DNA of 64,000 nt from Trypanosoma brucei (taxonomy: Eukaryota), in the NCBI GenBank assembly GCA_000002445.1, contig CM000207.1:192001-256000 (forward strand), read 5' to 3'. The notes under the pieces were generated by a model. It ran no database searches. It saw only the letters and a program-made list of their open reading frames with translations, and was not told where the DNA came from. Both the position numbers and the translations under genes were made by a program. Below are positions 36,249 through 49,463 of the stretch, in pieces; position 1 is the first letter of the stretch, and each line of letters opens with the position of its first letter.

Positions 36249-37568
36249 ATGAAGCTTGCAATAGCGTTAGCAACCACCTTAGTGTTGCATGCAGACGTAG
36301 TTGTAACAGATGACTCAACCGTGGAAGGAGCTCTGTCGGGGCCAGCGCTAGGCGCATTATGCGATATAGCACATGATCTCAAGCTTTCACCCAACAAGCT
36401 AAAACAACAATTGCTCAGCAAAACGGAGCAGCTGTTGGACCTGAACCTCAAGCTGAGAATCCTCGACACCTACGACACCTTCGACGACAACACCAAAGCG
36501 GCAATACAAGCTTTACACACGATTCTAACTAACGAAATACTAAACCATTGTAGCGATTTCGAGGCAGCAGCAGGAAAAGAAGTAGTGGCAGCAGAAGCAG
36601 GTGCGTATTGGGCTGGACACATGGACGAGCTGGCACACGTAGCACACCAGCTTACGACAGACACAAGCGACACAGCGGGAACTAACTGCCTCTCGGCAAC
36701 GAGCACAGGCGATAACCAAGGAAACGGCATCAAACACGACGCTCCACTAACGGCGGGCGGCCTATAACGCTGCGCAGAAAACTTCAATCCCAGCCACGGC
36801 GAAACAGTCGGAGAAATCTTAACTGTCAATAAACTAAAAGCAGTAGCATCACAATCCGGCATCTACACGAAAGTCATGGCCAGAACCGACAAATGTCCGC
36901 TAACAAAGTACGACACAGACTCTTTCTATCAAAATGGAGCTTCCCTGACCAAGCTGACTTTTGCAGGGGGAGCGATATCAATGAACAACCCAACAGCGTG
37001 TGCCGTTCCAACAGCTCAGACGCTAGGGATCACGGAAACAGGCACCAGATACGAGCCAATACTGAGCACAGCCCTACACACCGCACTAACGGAGGTCGAC
37101 AGCGCAACCAAACAACTGGGCGGCATCGAACTAGGGGCAACGGCACTCCTCAAGGAAGATGGCTTTGAAGAGGCAAAGACTAACCAAGAAATACAAGCGG
37201 CGCTACACCCTTCTGAGGATGTCAAAACGAAATACTCGAGCGGAATGCCTCAAACAAGCAAACCAGCTTTTGACAGGCTAGTAAAACTTTATAAGGAATT
37301 GGAAGACAAGGTCGAAAAGATAAAACAGGATACCAACCAGGATGCCGCCATACGAAGGCTCTATAAACCCTTGATAAGCTGCAGTAGGGGCCCGGAAGCA
37401 CAGAAAAAAGTGGAGACAACATCAGTATGCGAAGATAAGGAACAAAATGCGTGCTGAGTTATGGAGGGTGATTATGGAAGGGCTCCTAGTGCAAATAAAA
37501 AGGAAAAAAAGATTCCTTTTTCCTTGTAAATAAGAAATTTTCTCTCTTTACTTCTTCGGCTTTTGTGA
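36249..37568 (+). pseudogene. VSG pseudogene. The N-terminal domain sits in one frame with an in-frame TAA (36765-36767). The C-terminal domain is very short or truncated, and the GPI signal is frameshifted.
   Basis: Signal peptide MKLAIALATTLVLHA, ORFs 36249-36767 and 36876-37457 share a frame, and SFFLVNKKFSLFTSSAFVSVEAY* follows in another frame. The 16-mer-like taatatattataccgc lies at about 37666. Confidence 0.7.
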
Positions 37569-37789
37569 GCGTGGAAGCATATTAGTAATTTAAGAATTTT
37601 TTCTCAATTTTGTAAATTTATGAATTTTACTAAAATTTGCTACTTTGAGAGAATTTAATATATTATACCGCTATTGTAAAGTTTTTTTTAACAAATGAAA
37701 ATTATTAAAATTTAAAAATACATAACTTTTTGTATGTGAATAACCTATCGGTAAAAATTAGTAGAGTGATAGTATAGCAAAAATGGGTG

Positions 37790-37885
37790 CTATCTCAATT
37801 TGTTTATTTTATGGATTTTACTTGGGGTTATAATAACAACAATAGGAGAGTGTTGTGAGTGTGCATATACTAATATTTTAATATT
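37790..37885 (+). repeat. 70-bp repeat unit.
   Basis: caacaataggagagtgttgtgagtgtgcatatactaatattttaat. Confidence 0.85.
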
Positions 37886-39253
37886 TCGAGCTGTGGTGAT
37901 TGTGACTAAATTGCTGGCGATCAAATGCACTTTAACCAATGCAAAGGGTATAATGGAAGTTTCTTGGTAAGGGAATATGACAGCATGAAGAATATTGTGA
38001 AAAGGAGGCAAAACCACAAACAGGAAAATGGAATGGAATAATGAAATATTCGCAGTTTCAAATACAAATATAATGATTGAATACGTGATCATAAGAAGGA
38101 GGGAAAAGAGACAGTAGGGCAGAACCAGAGTCTATTTTACGGACAAAATGAAGTCACAAAGCTAACTGCAGTGATTCTTATGGAAGACCAGAAAGGAAAT
38201 AGAATACGGAGAAAAATAAGTGGAATACTCAAAAAGGCGGGGAGGAAGTAATATACCACGGCGAAGGGTACACGATGATGCACGGTACTGCGGGTTGGAA
38301 TGGTTAGACAAAACTTCGAATATAATGATGCTTCTGCTATATTTAATGTAATTGTGAATTATAGTATCTATCCCCAAACAATAAAATTAAGAAGCAAAGG
38401 CAGAAAAATAGATTGAACAAGTATGAAGTTAAATCGAACTCTTATTACCATATACAGCAATACGCGTGAACGTTTGAGTTAAGTAATATAATATTATTTG
38501 GAGTTTTATTTTAAACTAGAATTAGCAATATATTACCCTGGACAGCAAAAAAAAAAAGTAAAAACTTGGAAACTATTTGAAATTACCAACATGAATCAAT
38601 GAAGCATTTTTACAAAGAGTAGAGAATCAATGGTTACACTCTCCAAAAATCGTATAAGTATGCTTGCAAACACAACGGCCCTTCGATGAGCGATTAGTTA
38701 ACATAAGATTCGATGCTAACGCACAGCTAAAAGATCGGTTTTATAAACTAAGGCTACAAAAAAAGTAATTTAGCCGCCACACTGCTCAGTGCTAAACGCT
38801 ATAGACCCAAAGAAGCACAAGATGATAATACTCAGAAACAAAAACTCATTCGTGGCCGGAATATACAGTGGTGTTGCTTGGTTATTTCAACAGCATGTAA
38901 TGAAGATTTTCCGCCAACCAGAAATGATAGCTGAGCACAAGGTTTGCATTTTTAATCGTAGAAATATGTATGTTATTTTTTAAAGATACGTTGCAATGCA
39001 TTAATATTAAAAGCTAGATTCAGTAGATATATATATATATATATAGAATAATCTGTATTTGAATTAAAAATAGAAATTCATCGGCTAATTCCCGTTCCTT
39101 TTTACTCATACACTAAGAGGATACAGCGTCAAAGTTTTCCCTTTTTTACTTTACAGATTACTTAAGTGGGAGCCATCTACACCCAAAATCTTGCGTTTTT
39201 CAGCATTATTTTCCGCACTTTTTAATTATTGCTGAGATACTTATACCAAGCAG

Positions 39254-40426
39254 ATGAATAGAGTTTTCTGCGTAGAATTGCTACTTTTTGTCACCTTAAC
39301 AGGCCAATCTAACTATGCAACAGACCAGAATCAGGTTGAAATAGCTCAGTTCTGCACAATATACAAGCTTTTAACAGCACCACTGCCAGAACAAAAAATT
39401 CAGGAGACATCAGCATCGTCGTCAGAACAGACACCACATGAAATAATGTCACAAATCCTAAACAGAGCACTCAAGCTAAATCTAACCGTCGCTGAGGAAC
39501 CAGTGGACGTAGTCTTAAAAGACACGGAGAAGTACAAAACGAAAAAAGATGTCGATAACGATGCCGACAAGAAAGGATACTTCAAGTTGGAAAATGATGG
39601 CGACCGCAATAAACTTCAACAACTGTACACAGAGGTACTTGGCGCAAGCGGCGCAAAACAAGACTTCAGCCAAACGTACAAGACGCCTCTAAGTGCCGTA
39701 CACAAAGCAGCGCTTCGCACTCCAATAGCACACCTGTACAAAAAACTACTCGAAATTCACACAAAGTTCTCAAAAGATGAGCAACAGTTAATCAGCGACG
39801 AAAAGGAAGCAAGACTCAAGCTCATAGAAGCAGCAGGAGGCGAGCAACTTAAAACGGCGGCAGCCGACACGGTAACGGCAATTACACCGGTGCCCGATAT
39901 TACAACCGAAACTTTGCCATGGGATCCAAGCGGTGACAGGGACGCCAACTGCGCAGCGGCCGGAGACACCAAAAATAAAGCAGGTATGGCACTTGCAACG
40001 GACATGTTGTGTATATGCTTCGCCAAAAAAAAATTGCGGTCACACGTTCTGCCAAACCTCAGCCCTTACCACCACAGACCACGGCTCAGCCAAGCAAGCC
40101 TCTGACGTGATCACCGACTGGCACGCCACAGTAAAACTCTGCAAAGAAACGCCAGTAGGTGATACTCTAGCCCAGCGAGCACACTTCATACTGGCAGCAA
40201 TTGCAGACTTCAAAGCGAGGCTTGGAAAAAACATGATAAAAGTCGCAACAGTAACAAGCGCTACAAACGGCGCAGCAAAAGTCGGCAATTTTTACGGCGT
40301 TTTCGTGTACGGCGGATCACCACCGACCTGCGGCAGCAACGGCGGCGGCGAAAGGTCAGCAGCCGGTAAAGGCGTCTGCATAGATTATTTCGTCGTGCGA
40401 AAACAAGGAAAAGAAATAAGAAATTA
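39254..40426 (+). pseudogene. VSG N-terminal domain. It has a frameshift at an A10 homopolymer (40022-40031), and its 3' end is lost in an assembly gap.
   Basis: MNRVFCVELLLFVTLTGQSNYA..., ATDMLCICFAKKK motif, then a frame switch to ...GKGVCIDYFVVRKQGKEIRN before the Ns. Confidence 0.75.
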
Positions 40427-40526
40427 NNNNNNNNNNNNNNNNNNNNNNNNNNNNNNNNNNNNNNNNNNNNNNNNNNNNNNNNNNNNNNNNNNNNNNNNNN
40501 NNNNNNNNNNNNNNNNNNNNNNNNNN
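40427..40526. other. Assembly gap (100 N).
   Basis: Run of n characters. Confidence 1.
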
Positions 40527-40815
<289 letters not shown>

Positions 40816-42294
40816 GTGGTTGTGAAGGTGAAATGGAAGGCCAAAATAGAGACACTTCAAACTACAAAAAAATGCAAAAGGAGTAAGCGTGTGAAAGTGT
40901 GAGAGATGATATATGTGCAATTTGGAACGCAACAAAGGCTTCATGTGTCATTATATAAAAAGAAAAAAGGAAATTAAAGTTACAGACACCATGATGTACT
41001 GTATATGATAGTTTTTCCTATTAAAAGTAAACAAGATAAGTGAAGAAACAGTTAATGAGAAAAGATAAAGACAAAAATAGCCGTAAAAGAATAAAAACAC
41101 ATCACCACAAAACACCAGAGGATGTTTACGACGAGCATCAAGTCATAAATGATACACCCCCACTACTGTACTGATTCAGAGGCCAAACAGTAAAGCCTTT
41201 TAAAGAGAAGCTAATACATTTGAGGGTAATCATGAGGCCACTGTTAGAAGCACGCAAAAGCGAAGAGAGTGCAGGGATAAAAGCGCTGTTAGCGCCGATA
41301 TTACACATTCCCAAGTGGTATCCAACTAAAAATATAACAGATAATCACAAGTATGAACAAAAGGGTCTTCATTCTACGAAAAGAAGCAACAACATCTGCT
41401 TATGATAACCAGCATACTTATGATAATTTTCATAAACTGGAATCAATAACAAACCACAAGATTTGAATTTTCAAGTGCAGAAATGTGTATTGAATTTTCA
41501 ATGGTAAAAGAATTGGATTTACGTAACAATAAATGCCATAAATATAGAAAATCATAACTTGAAATTATAAGTAGTAAGTGTTATGCTATTCTGAATCTCT
41601 TTTTACACGATTAAAAATTTAAACAACGAGGTCAGTGGCACACCGAAAAGTTTATGGCTGAAGGCAACCAAGAAAAAAATAGAGGGCAGGGGGACTGAGT
41701 TTAAAAGAGTCAAGGAAGAGTTGAAGCAAATATGATTCAGGAAAAGGTGAAAACAAGTATACATATCAACGCCTCAGTATTTTAAGAAGGCAGAGCAACC
41801 AACTTAATAAATCAAACACCCTTCAAGAACTAGTTAGTCAAAGCCATACAGACGTTTGAAACAACCTAGAATCGAGACGTCCTCTACAATAAACTCAGTT
41901 TTTCACCTAAAAACTCGACTCAATCAAACCAGGTTAGTCGGAGAAGGAACAAAAGGCAAAGGCCACAAACCCACCTCGCGTAGGAAGAGCGGAAAAATAA
42001 TTAGAGAATGGTCGCTTTGCCTGTTCGCCAGCCCGTAACCAGAAAGACTGAAACAACGACTAGCGCGACATGGGGCACCGCCACCAGCCTGCGTGTGAGC
42101 AAAACCTTTAACAGCAATTTCATCTTTATAAACTAAGCCGACTAGAGAAGGTTACTGGCAACAAATAGGACCCTAAGCACACGCAGTAATTGATAGAACT
42201 AGTTCCCCGACCGTATTTTCTCCAAACTTTAAAGGATCTACAAGTACAAAAGAAAGGCATAAGCTCTACCACTGAACAACAAGAGCCAACTGCG

Positions 42295-43755
42295 ATGCAC
42301 CACTTTCAACTTCAGTTTTCGTACGTCGCAATATTGCTGATGGTGGCAGCACACGCGATAGCAACCAGCAAAGACTCAAAAGCGGTCACAACAGCCTGTC
42401 ACGAGATAGCTTTCAACGACAAATTGGCAGCAGCGTTCGAACAGAAAATAGAAAAACTGGCAACAAAACCAAGTCAATTACTCAAGGAAGCGGAAGCACT
42501 GGACACAGCTGCATGTCTAGAAACGGACCGTAAGACCAAAACAGCGGCGCGGATGCTAGCGTCAATAGGGCGTTCTAGAGCGGCTGCCACTGAAGCAAAT
42601 GCCGACGCTGTAAAGCAGCTAAAAGCTAGTATCGAAACTGTAAAGCGCAGAAACGCTCAGCTAATGGCGGCAATCGCATTCAACAGCAAAGGCGCTTTTA
42701 CAGTAACACATGATATTTTACGTCAAAAAGCAAATCTAATAGGAGGCGGCGGAGCCAAATCCTGTAGCGTAACAATCGCACAGCCGCCCAGAAACATCCA
42801 CGGCTGCACGGAGCCTACAGCAGACGACAAGAGACTCACAGCCGACGTAGCCAACATTCTAACCCTTGATTCATATCAAGCAATCTCAGACAAGGCTTTT
42901 CAAATAACGGACATAACAGCTGACATCGGCAACAAAGGCGACTACAGCTCGGCCATGCAATTAAACCACGAAAGGCTGATTGCGTGCGTCGGCACTGCGG
43001 ACACAGCCAGAGAACTTGGCAGCGTTGCTAAAGGCATAATCCTAACAAACTTCAACCGCAAAGCGGACTGGAATACGCCGACTAGAAACACGATAAAAAG
43101 CAAAGCAGGCGGTACAGACTTTGAAGACGAACAGGACTCCGACAAGAAAGCTTTTGTCACAGCCAAAGCAGCAGGATATGCCATATGCAATGGCCGCAGG
43201 AAAACCATCACGGAACCAGAGACACTGAGCCAGTCAACTATGGACACACTAAAGGAACAACAAGATGTGCGAGAAGCCGCAATGCTCATAACAGCTGGAC
43301 CAACGGAGGAACTCCCAGACACCGGAAAACAAAAAGAAGCAGTAGTAACACTTCTAGGTGAAGGAAAAAACAACAGTACATGACAAATTCTTAAAGGACT
43401 TGGAAGCAAACAAACTAGATTTCAAAATCGGCAGCAAACACGTTAACAAAGGTATAGCGTCGATAAGTGTTACCGAAGACTATGCAAGACCGATAGGCTT
43501 TTGTTTAGGAGACCAATACAGAAAAGAGAAAGCGCAGAAGAAAGTTGAATCAGTCACAGCAGCAACACCGGAAAAGAACAAAGAATACAAGGGAGAAACT
43601 GACGAGGGCAAATGCAACAATAAGGATGGATGCGAATTCAAAGATGGAAAATGCGAAGCTAAAGTGACAACCACAAAAACACAAACACTACCGGAAGCAA
43701 TTCTTTTGTCATTAACAAGGCCCCTCTTTGGCTTGCAGTTTTGCTTTTAGCATAA
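42295..43755 (+). pseudogene. VSG pseudogene with frameshifts near 43360 and near 43675 (A-rich run).
   Basis: MHHFQLQFSYVAILLMVAAHAIATS signal, N-terminal domain ORF to 43383, C-terminal domain CNNKDGCEFKDGKCEAK, and GPI signal NTTGSNSFVINKAPLWLAVLLLA* in an alternate frame. Confidence 0.75.
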
Positions 43756-44019
43756 AACTTTCAAGAGACATCAGTAAAAGCTTTTTGCTCAATTTAATGA
43801 AATCTACGAAATTTCCTACGTTGAGATAAATTTATATCATTTGCAAAATTTTTGATACTTTTAAGATTTTTTGATGAGAATTGTTGAAATTAGTAAAACC
43901 TTAACAAATATAAAAAATATGAAAGTTAAGTATGAAATTTTCCTGTGAGTGGAAAGTAGTGTGGTGATAGGGTATGAAAAGAAAGTAACATTATAATTTT
44001 GTTTATTTAGTTTATTTTG

Positions 44020-44105
44020 TGGATATTAATTAGTGTTATAGTATTTATAATAAAAATAATAATAGGAGAGTGTTGTGAGTCTGTATATACGAATATTATA
44101 ATAAA
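44020..44105 (+). repeat. 70-bp repeat unit.
   Basis: taataaaaataataataggagagtgttgtgagtctgtatatacgaatattataataaaat. Confidence 0.85.
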
Positions 44106-45210
44106 ATTAGTAGTAAATACGAAAAATACGGCCAAAATTGAAGAACTTAAAAAATAGCAATAATGTAATGGGAGTAAAGTATGTGAGTGAGAGAAAATTG
44201 CAAAATATGAACGATTATAAAGCAAACATATGATGATAGTAATCGTCGTACCAAGAGAGATGATTGAAAGACAACCGTAAAGATACTGAATCATGTGTAA
44301 TGCTATGTGATCTCTTTTCTTCAGCAAAAGAAGAGTTGTAGACAAAAATAAAAGGAAGCAATAAAATTGTTACTGCATATCAAGATTGTTCAGAAATCCA
44401 CGAGTGTATTTAAATTAATATTTAACGGGTTTAGAAAAAGTATTAAATTGGAAGGAATCTTTTAATTCTTAGACCGAATATGCATAATAGTACGAAATAT
44501 GAGCTATATGGAATATTTGGTAGACTTAAGGTGATGTGAGTTAAAAATAGTCAGGAATCTCCGCCTTATCAAAAAGTGTCCACTTATTATAAAATTCTTT
44601 AAATTTCCCCGCATGATTATGCACAGTCACGTTTAAAAAATATGCAGTATGTATCACCAAAGGTCAGAAACAATAAACTCAAATGGAAGTACCGTGATCT
44701 TTAAGGTTCAAAATAAAAGGAGTGTCAAGAAAAACAGCAGCGCCGACTCCTCACTACATAGAATGGCCGTTCACAAGGCGCATAATGAAAACATAGAATA
44801 TGATGCTTGATTGAATGCACAATTGGGTACTTCGATTCCAAAGAAACTTGGGATTTGCATCTGTTAAGTACCTGAGAGACCCAAAAGAAAACCTCACTTC
44901 ACGCAAAAAAAAATAGATGCTAAAAAAGAAATAGTAGCTACTGTGGCTTTTAATCTGAAGGCAGAACAGGAGAAAGGAATTCGTGGAGTGTATTGGGTTT
45001 TGGTTTAGCGGAAAATGCACAGAATATTCTGAAATATTGTAGACGCAGTGGAAAAAAGCTTAAAATATTATAAATGCCGTTAAATTGTCGTTTAAAATCC
45101 TGGACAAACCTGAGGTGTCCTCATTTTTTGTGGAAACTCAATGTGCATAACAGACAGCTGTACAAGAACTTTATGAGGATCTGTCACCTGACAAAAAGCC
45201 AAAATAGGAA

Positions 45211-46757
45211 ATGCCTTACAGAGGACAGTCGTTTATTACATTTTCAGCAATAGCAAAATGTCTGCTTCTGGCAGCCGTCGGAACCGGCCAAGCGACGATC
45301 ACCGACGAGCCCGGCGCCAAGGTCAAAGACATATGCACAGAAGCGCGCTACATGCGGCTTCTGGCAACCAAGCTGCAACAGCAGCGAGACGACGCTCGGC
45401 AAAGAGAAGCAAAGCTGGTAAAAGGTCGTACCGCCTACACAATAGCGGCCGCCAAGACCAGTGACCAGAAACAGATCAAATCTTTCGAAGCACTAGCAGC
45501 TGCAACCGCCATAGAAATCGAAACCGTAGCGAAGAAGCTAGCGGCCGCTGAACCAGCGTACGCGGGGGCGCTAAGGCTGCTAATCCAGAGGTAAAGCCGG
45601 TTGGCAACGGTAGGGCGGTTAACGGCAAAGACAATAGCAAGAATTGCAACCACGACAAAAGGCAGCGGCAGCCCAACGACATACAACACCGCTAGATCAT
45701 GCAGCGCTCCTGCAACCCAACAGGCAGACACAACGGCAAACTGCACATTTGGCGACGAAGACCATAACGATATAAATTAAGCAAAGTCGACCTAGACAAA
45801 GTGAAAGCACTAAAGATGACACCCGAATCGGTGCTCGGCCTTCAGCAAATAACCATAACCGCATACGCGCTGGGTTCGGCAAGCTCTGTGACTCAGCCAT
45901 CCGGCACAACGCACGGCTTCTGTTCTGGAGACACCAGCGCCATAGTCGGCCAGACCGACATCATCGGGGCGACAGCACAGCCAACACCAAGAGCGCAATC
46001 AGTCGCCGACGTCAGCATCCACGCGGCCGGCCATTCAGGCCCCTGCAAGAAGCTCAAACTGGACCAAAGCTGGGGCGAAGCAGAGCAGGACAGTATAGCC
46101 GGCGCTATCTGCGAAGCCAAAGAGAAAGACATATCTGTACGACCGCCACCGCACGAACGATCTTTGAAGGAACTAGAAACGGATAATAATATTGTCTCAG
46201 CGCTAACCGATCTGGTAATGCCTGGCACCGATGCGACGACCGATGCAGAACAAAAAAAAGCATTAGTGCAAGAGCACTTCGGAGGCACGGAAACAGCATT
46301 CAAAACAGACTTCACGGATGCAATCAACACGAAAAAAGTTGAAGTAACAATAAGAAAAAAAGACATCAAAAAGACACTATTTGAACTGGCGGGAACAGAC
46401 GATGGACTAACGGTGTTATCTTATTACCGCGGAAAGAAACTAGCTGAAAAGAAACAGTCACAGGATGCGGCAGCTAAACCCACAGTAGCAAAAGAAGTTA
46501 GCGACAAATGCAAAACAATAGCAGACAAAGAGAAATGCAAAACAGAAGACGGGTGCGAATTAAAAGGCGAAACTTGCGTGGCAGTGGAGTCCAAAGGGGA
46601 AGAAAAGAAAGAGGAGAAATGTACTGGTAAGGACGAGAAAACATGCAGCACCACCCAGGGCTGCAAATGGGAAGACAACATATGCAAAAATTCCTCTATT
46701 CTAGCAAACAAACAATTCGCCCTAATTGTTTCTTCTTTTGTGACCTCGCTTTTTTAA
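45211..46757 (+). pseudogene. VSG pseudogene with an in-frame TAA at 45595 and a frameshift near 45780. The C-terminal domain and GPI signal are intact.
   Basis: MPYRGQSFITFSAIAKCLLLAAVGTGQA signal, and ORF 45801-46757 ending CKWEDNICKNSSILANKQFALIVSSFVTSLF*. Confidence 0.75.
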
Positions 46758-46794
46758 TCCCTCCCCCACAATTTTTCCTTTGCTGAAACTTTAT

Positions 46795-46810
46795 GATATA
46801 TTTTAACACA
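46795..46810 (+). promoter_or_regulatory. VSG 3'UTR 16-mer, perfect consensus (tgatatattttaacac).
   Basis: Exact match to TGATATATTTTAACAC. Confidence 0.9.
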
Positions 46811-46959
46811 TTTTAATAAAAATGTGCAAAATAGTAAAAATTTGGAGAATTAAAAATTTTAGTAAAATGTGTATGATGGTGGCTTTTGTGTGCGTAGAAA
46901 AATAGTGAAAGGCTATAAAAAATTATTACTATTATAATTTTGTCTATTTTATTTATCTT

Positions 46960-47050
46960 ATATATTTTCGTTAGGGTCATAATAATATTGATAATGAAAA
47001 TGGTAATTTTGATAGAGAGTGTTGTGAGTGTGCATATACTAATATTCGGA
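46960..47050 (+). repeat. 70-bp repeat unit.
   Basis: ggtaattttgatagagagtgttgtgagtgtgcatatactaatattcgg. Confidence 0.8.
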
Positions 47051-48000
47051 GTGGTAATGAAGACTGAGTAAAAGGTTTATTAGTGAAACTTGAAACAATG
47101 GCATTGGTGGTATTTTGCAGGTTGGTGAGTGGGAGTGGGAGGGAATATGAAAATTTTTGTTGATAAAACCTGGAGAGACAAAGAGGAATAGAGATAGAAC
47201 TTGAGAATTTTCAATTGCAAAAATGACGACGTGTATCACGACACACAAGGAGATTATGCAGGGAGCAGTGAAGCACAAGCTGAGTTCAGTGTGCAGGGCA
47301 AATTTGGTTGCTACGGCATGCAAAGAAGAAGCAGCAGCAGACGAAATATTTAAAAACAAAATATGGAAAGAAAAACAGAATGCGCGACAGTATACCGAAC
47401 TACGGATTAAAATAAAATTTTAGGAGTATGAGAAGGTGAGTCACAGTATTTTACACAGAAATGAATAGAACCAGCAGCCCAGCTTGTAAGATCTGTAGTC
47501 TTTATTGCTTTTGCAGCCTTCTAATGCTAGAAAGAGTGAATGGCAGTTATTTATAGAATGAATATAGTTTTTTTACTTCATCAGCGAACTAAGATAGCGC
47601 GAGGAAGCAGCGCTTTGATATCGCAGGAGAAGATATCCTCGGAACATTGTAAGAAATGTTAATAAAAATTTGAAATATTAAAACACGGATAGGAAACCGC
47701 TTAAACAGCAACCATAAACACAAGCCAACACGTAGCTTCCGTCAAACCTCATGGAAAATATGCGACAACACAGCAGACATTAAGAAACTGAAAATGGAAA
47801 CAAACACGTCGCTTTCATCTTTGCGGAGACAGCAAAGCAAAAAAAAAAACTGCCCAAACTAACCTGTTGCAGAAGCAAATCGTAATTTACGGTAACAAGT
47901 GTAGTACCGGACAGAAATATAGTACCACTAAACATGGAGCCTGGTGCTTACTAAGCCTTTAGAGGAGCAGACCAAATTCACTGGCACAGGCGTACAGATA

Positions 48001-49093
48001 ATGCTAGGCCAAGCGGCGTTATTAATTGTCTTAACATCGGGGCTAACATTGGCAACAAAGGTGGAAATACAGCATGCTCACCTTTTAAAAGCCTGCAGTG
48101 TAGCAGGCGAATTTAGCTCAATGGCCGGCCACGCGGCCAATGAAATCAGCAGGCTTCTAACGAATTCACAGCAACTGTGGGAATTGGCAGACGACCTTAT
48201 AGCTGTTGTTCGCGACGACATTAACTCAAACGTAACGGCAATAGCCATACTAGCAGAAATAGCGCGAAAGGAAGCGATAGCTGCAACTACAACTGTAAGC
48301 GACAACCTAGACAGCACCATAAAGCTCGCGGCAATGGCGGCGCAGCTCGCGGGAAATATACAAGAGGCTGCGCATATAATAGTAAATTCAGCGAACAGCC
48401 GTAACAGCGAATGTCTCAGCAGCACAGCCGGCTTCACACCAGTAGCACTCAGCGCCGCAGCAACACCCGGATGCCTCAAAAGCGGCGGCGACTACGAGGA
48501 TTTTACCTGGAACAAAAATAAAGTGAACCTCACATTCGAAACGACGCTCAACAGTCTACTGGCAGACAGTGCAGACGAAATAAGCGTCTCGGGCACAACC
48601 TGCAAGCTGCTACACGCCGCCGGGGAACGCAGCACAACTGGCGGCGACTCTAAACCCATAATGGCAGGTCTTATCAGACTGGGAGCAGCTGCCAGCAATC
48701 CGATCAAATGGGATGAAGGGAAAACACTGGCCAAAGACAGTAACTCCCGGTTCGGGCAAATCAAAGCTCAACTCAAAGCATTAAATGCGGCACTCAGCAG
48801 CGAAAGCAAATGTCAAACGCAACTAATTCAGCTCACGACACAGGACAGCGTCGATGGGCCGGTCGTAGAAATCGACAAAGGCACAATCACTAAATCGTGG
48901 CCGCCGGCAAAGCAAACCATAACAGCAAAAACAACAGATCAAATCCGAAAGTTAAAAAAATACCGCAAGGTTAAAAGCGAAGCACAAATGGCCGAAGCTC
49001 GGGCAGCCTCATTCAGAAAAACAGCGCTTCTCAACGTAGAAGCCTGCGAATTAGGATTCACGGCACTAAAACAGACAACTTCCGACGTAACAA
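48001..49093 (+). pseudogene. VSG truncated at its 3' end by an inverted ingi. The N-terminal domain ORF is otherwise open.
   Basis: MLGQAALLIVLTSGLTLATKVEIQHAHLLKACSVAG..., with no internal stops until it runs into the ingi poly(T) junction at 49094. Confidence 0.8.
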
Positions 49094-49463
49094 TTTTTTT
49101 TTGGAATTTTCTTCGTGCCTTTGAGAGAGTTTCCCCCCACTGGCGCGGCCATCAGCTATCACCGTAGAGCCCTGAGATGCTATCGGTCTGGCGACTGTGG
49201 CAGAGTCTCCCTTTTTAATTAAGCCTAACACTCCCTCTATAATTTTTGTTGTAGCTCCGCAGTTGAACGGAATACAGCAGATGGGGCGAGAAGCCCCCCA
49301 CTCCGGACTCTCCAAAAGATGTCAATTAGCAATCCTTTTGTTTTGATTTTTGTTATTCGTTTATTATTCTCTCCCCCTCTTTCTGTTTTTGTTGCTTGTT
49401 GACTGCATACCCCCTCTGTCTCTGAGGGTGTCTAGACTATTCCTGCATCCGGTGCTTTTCCTG

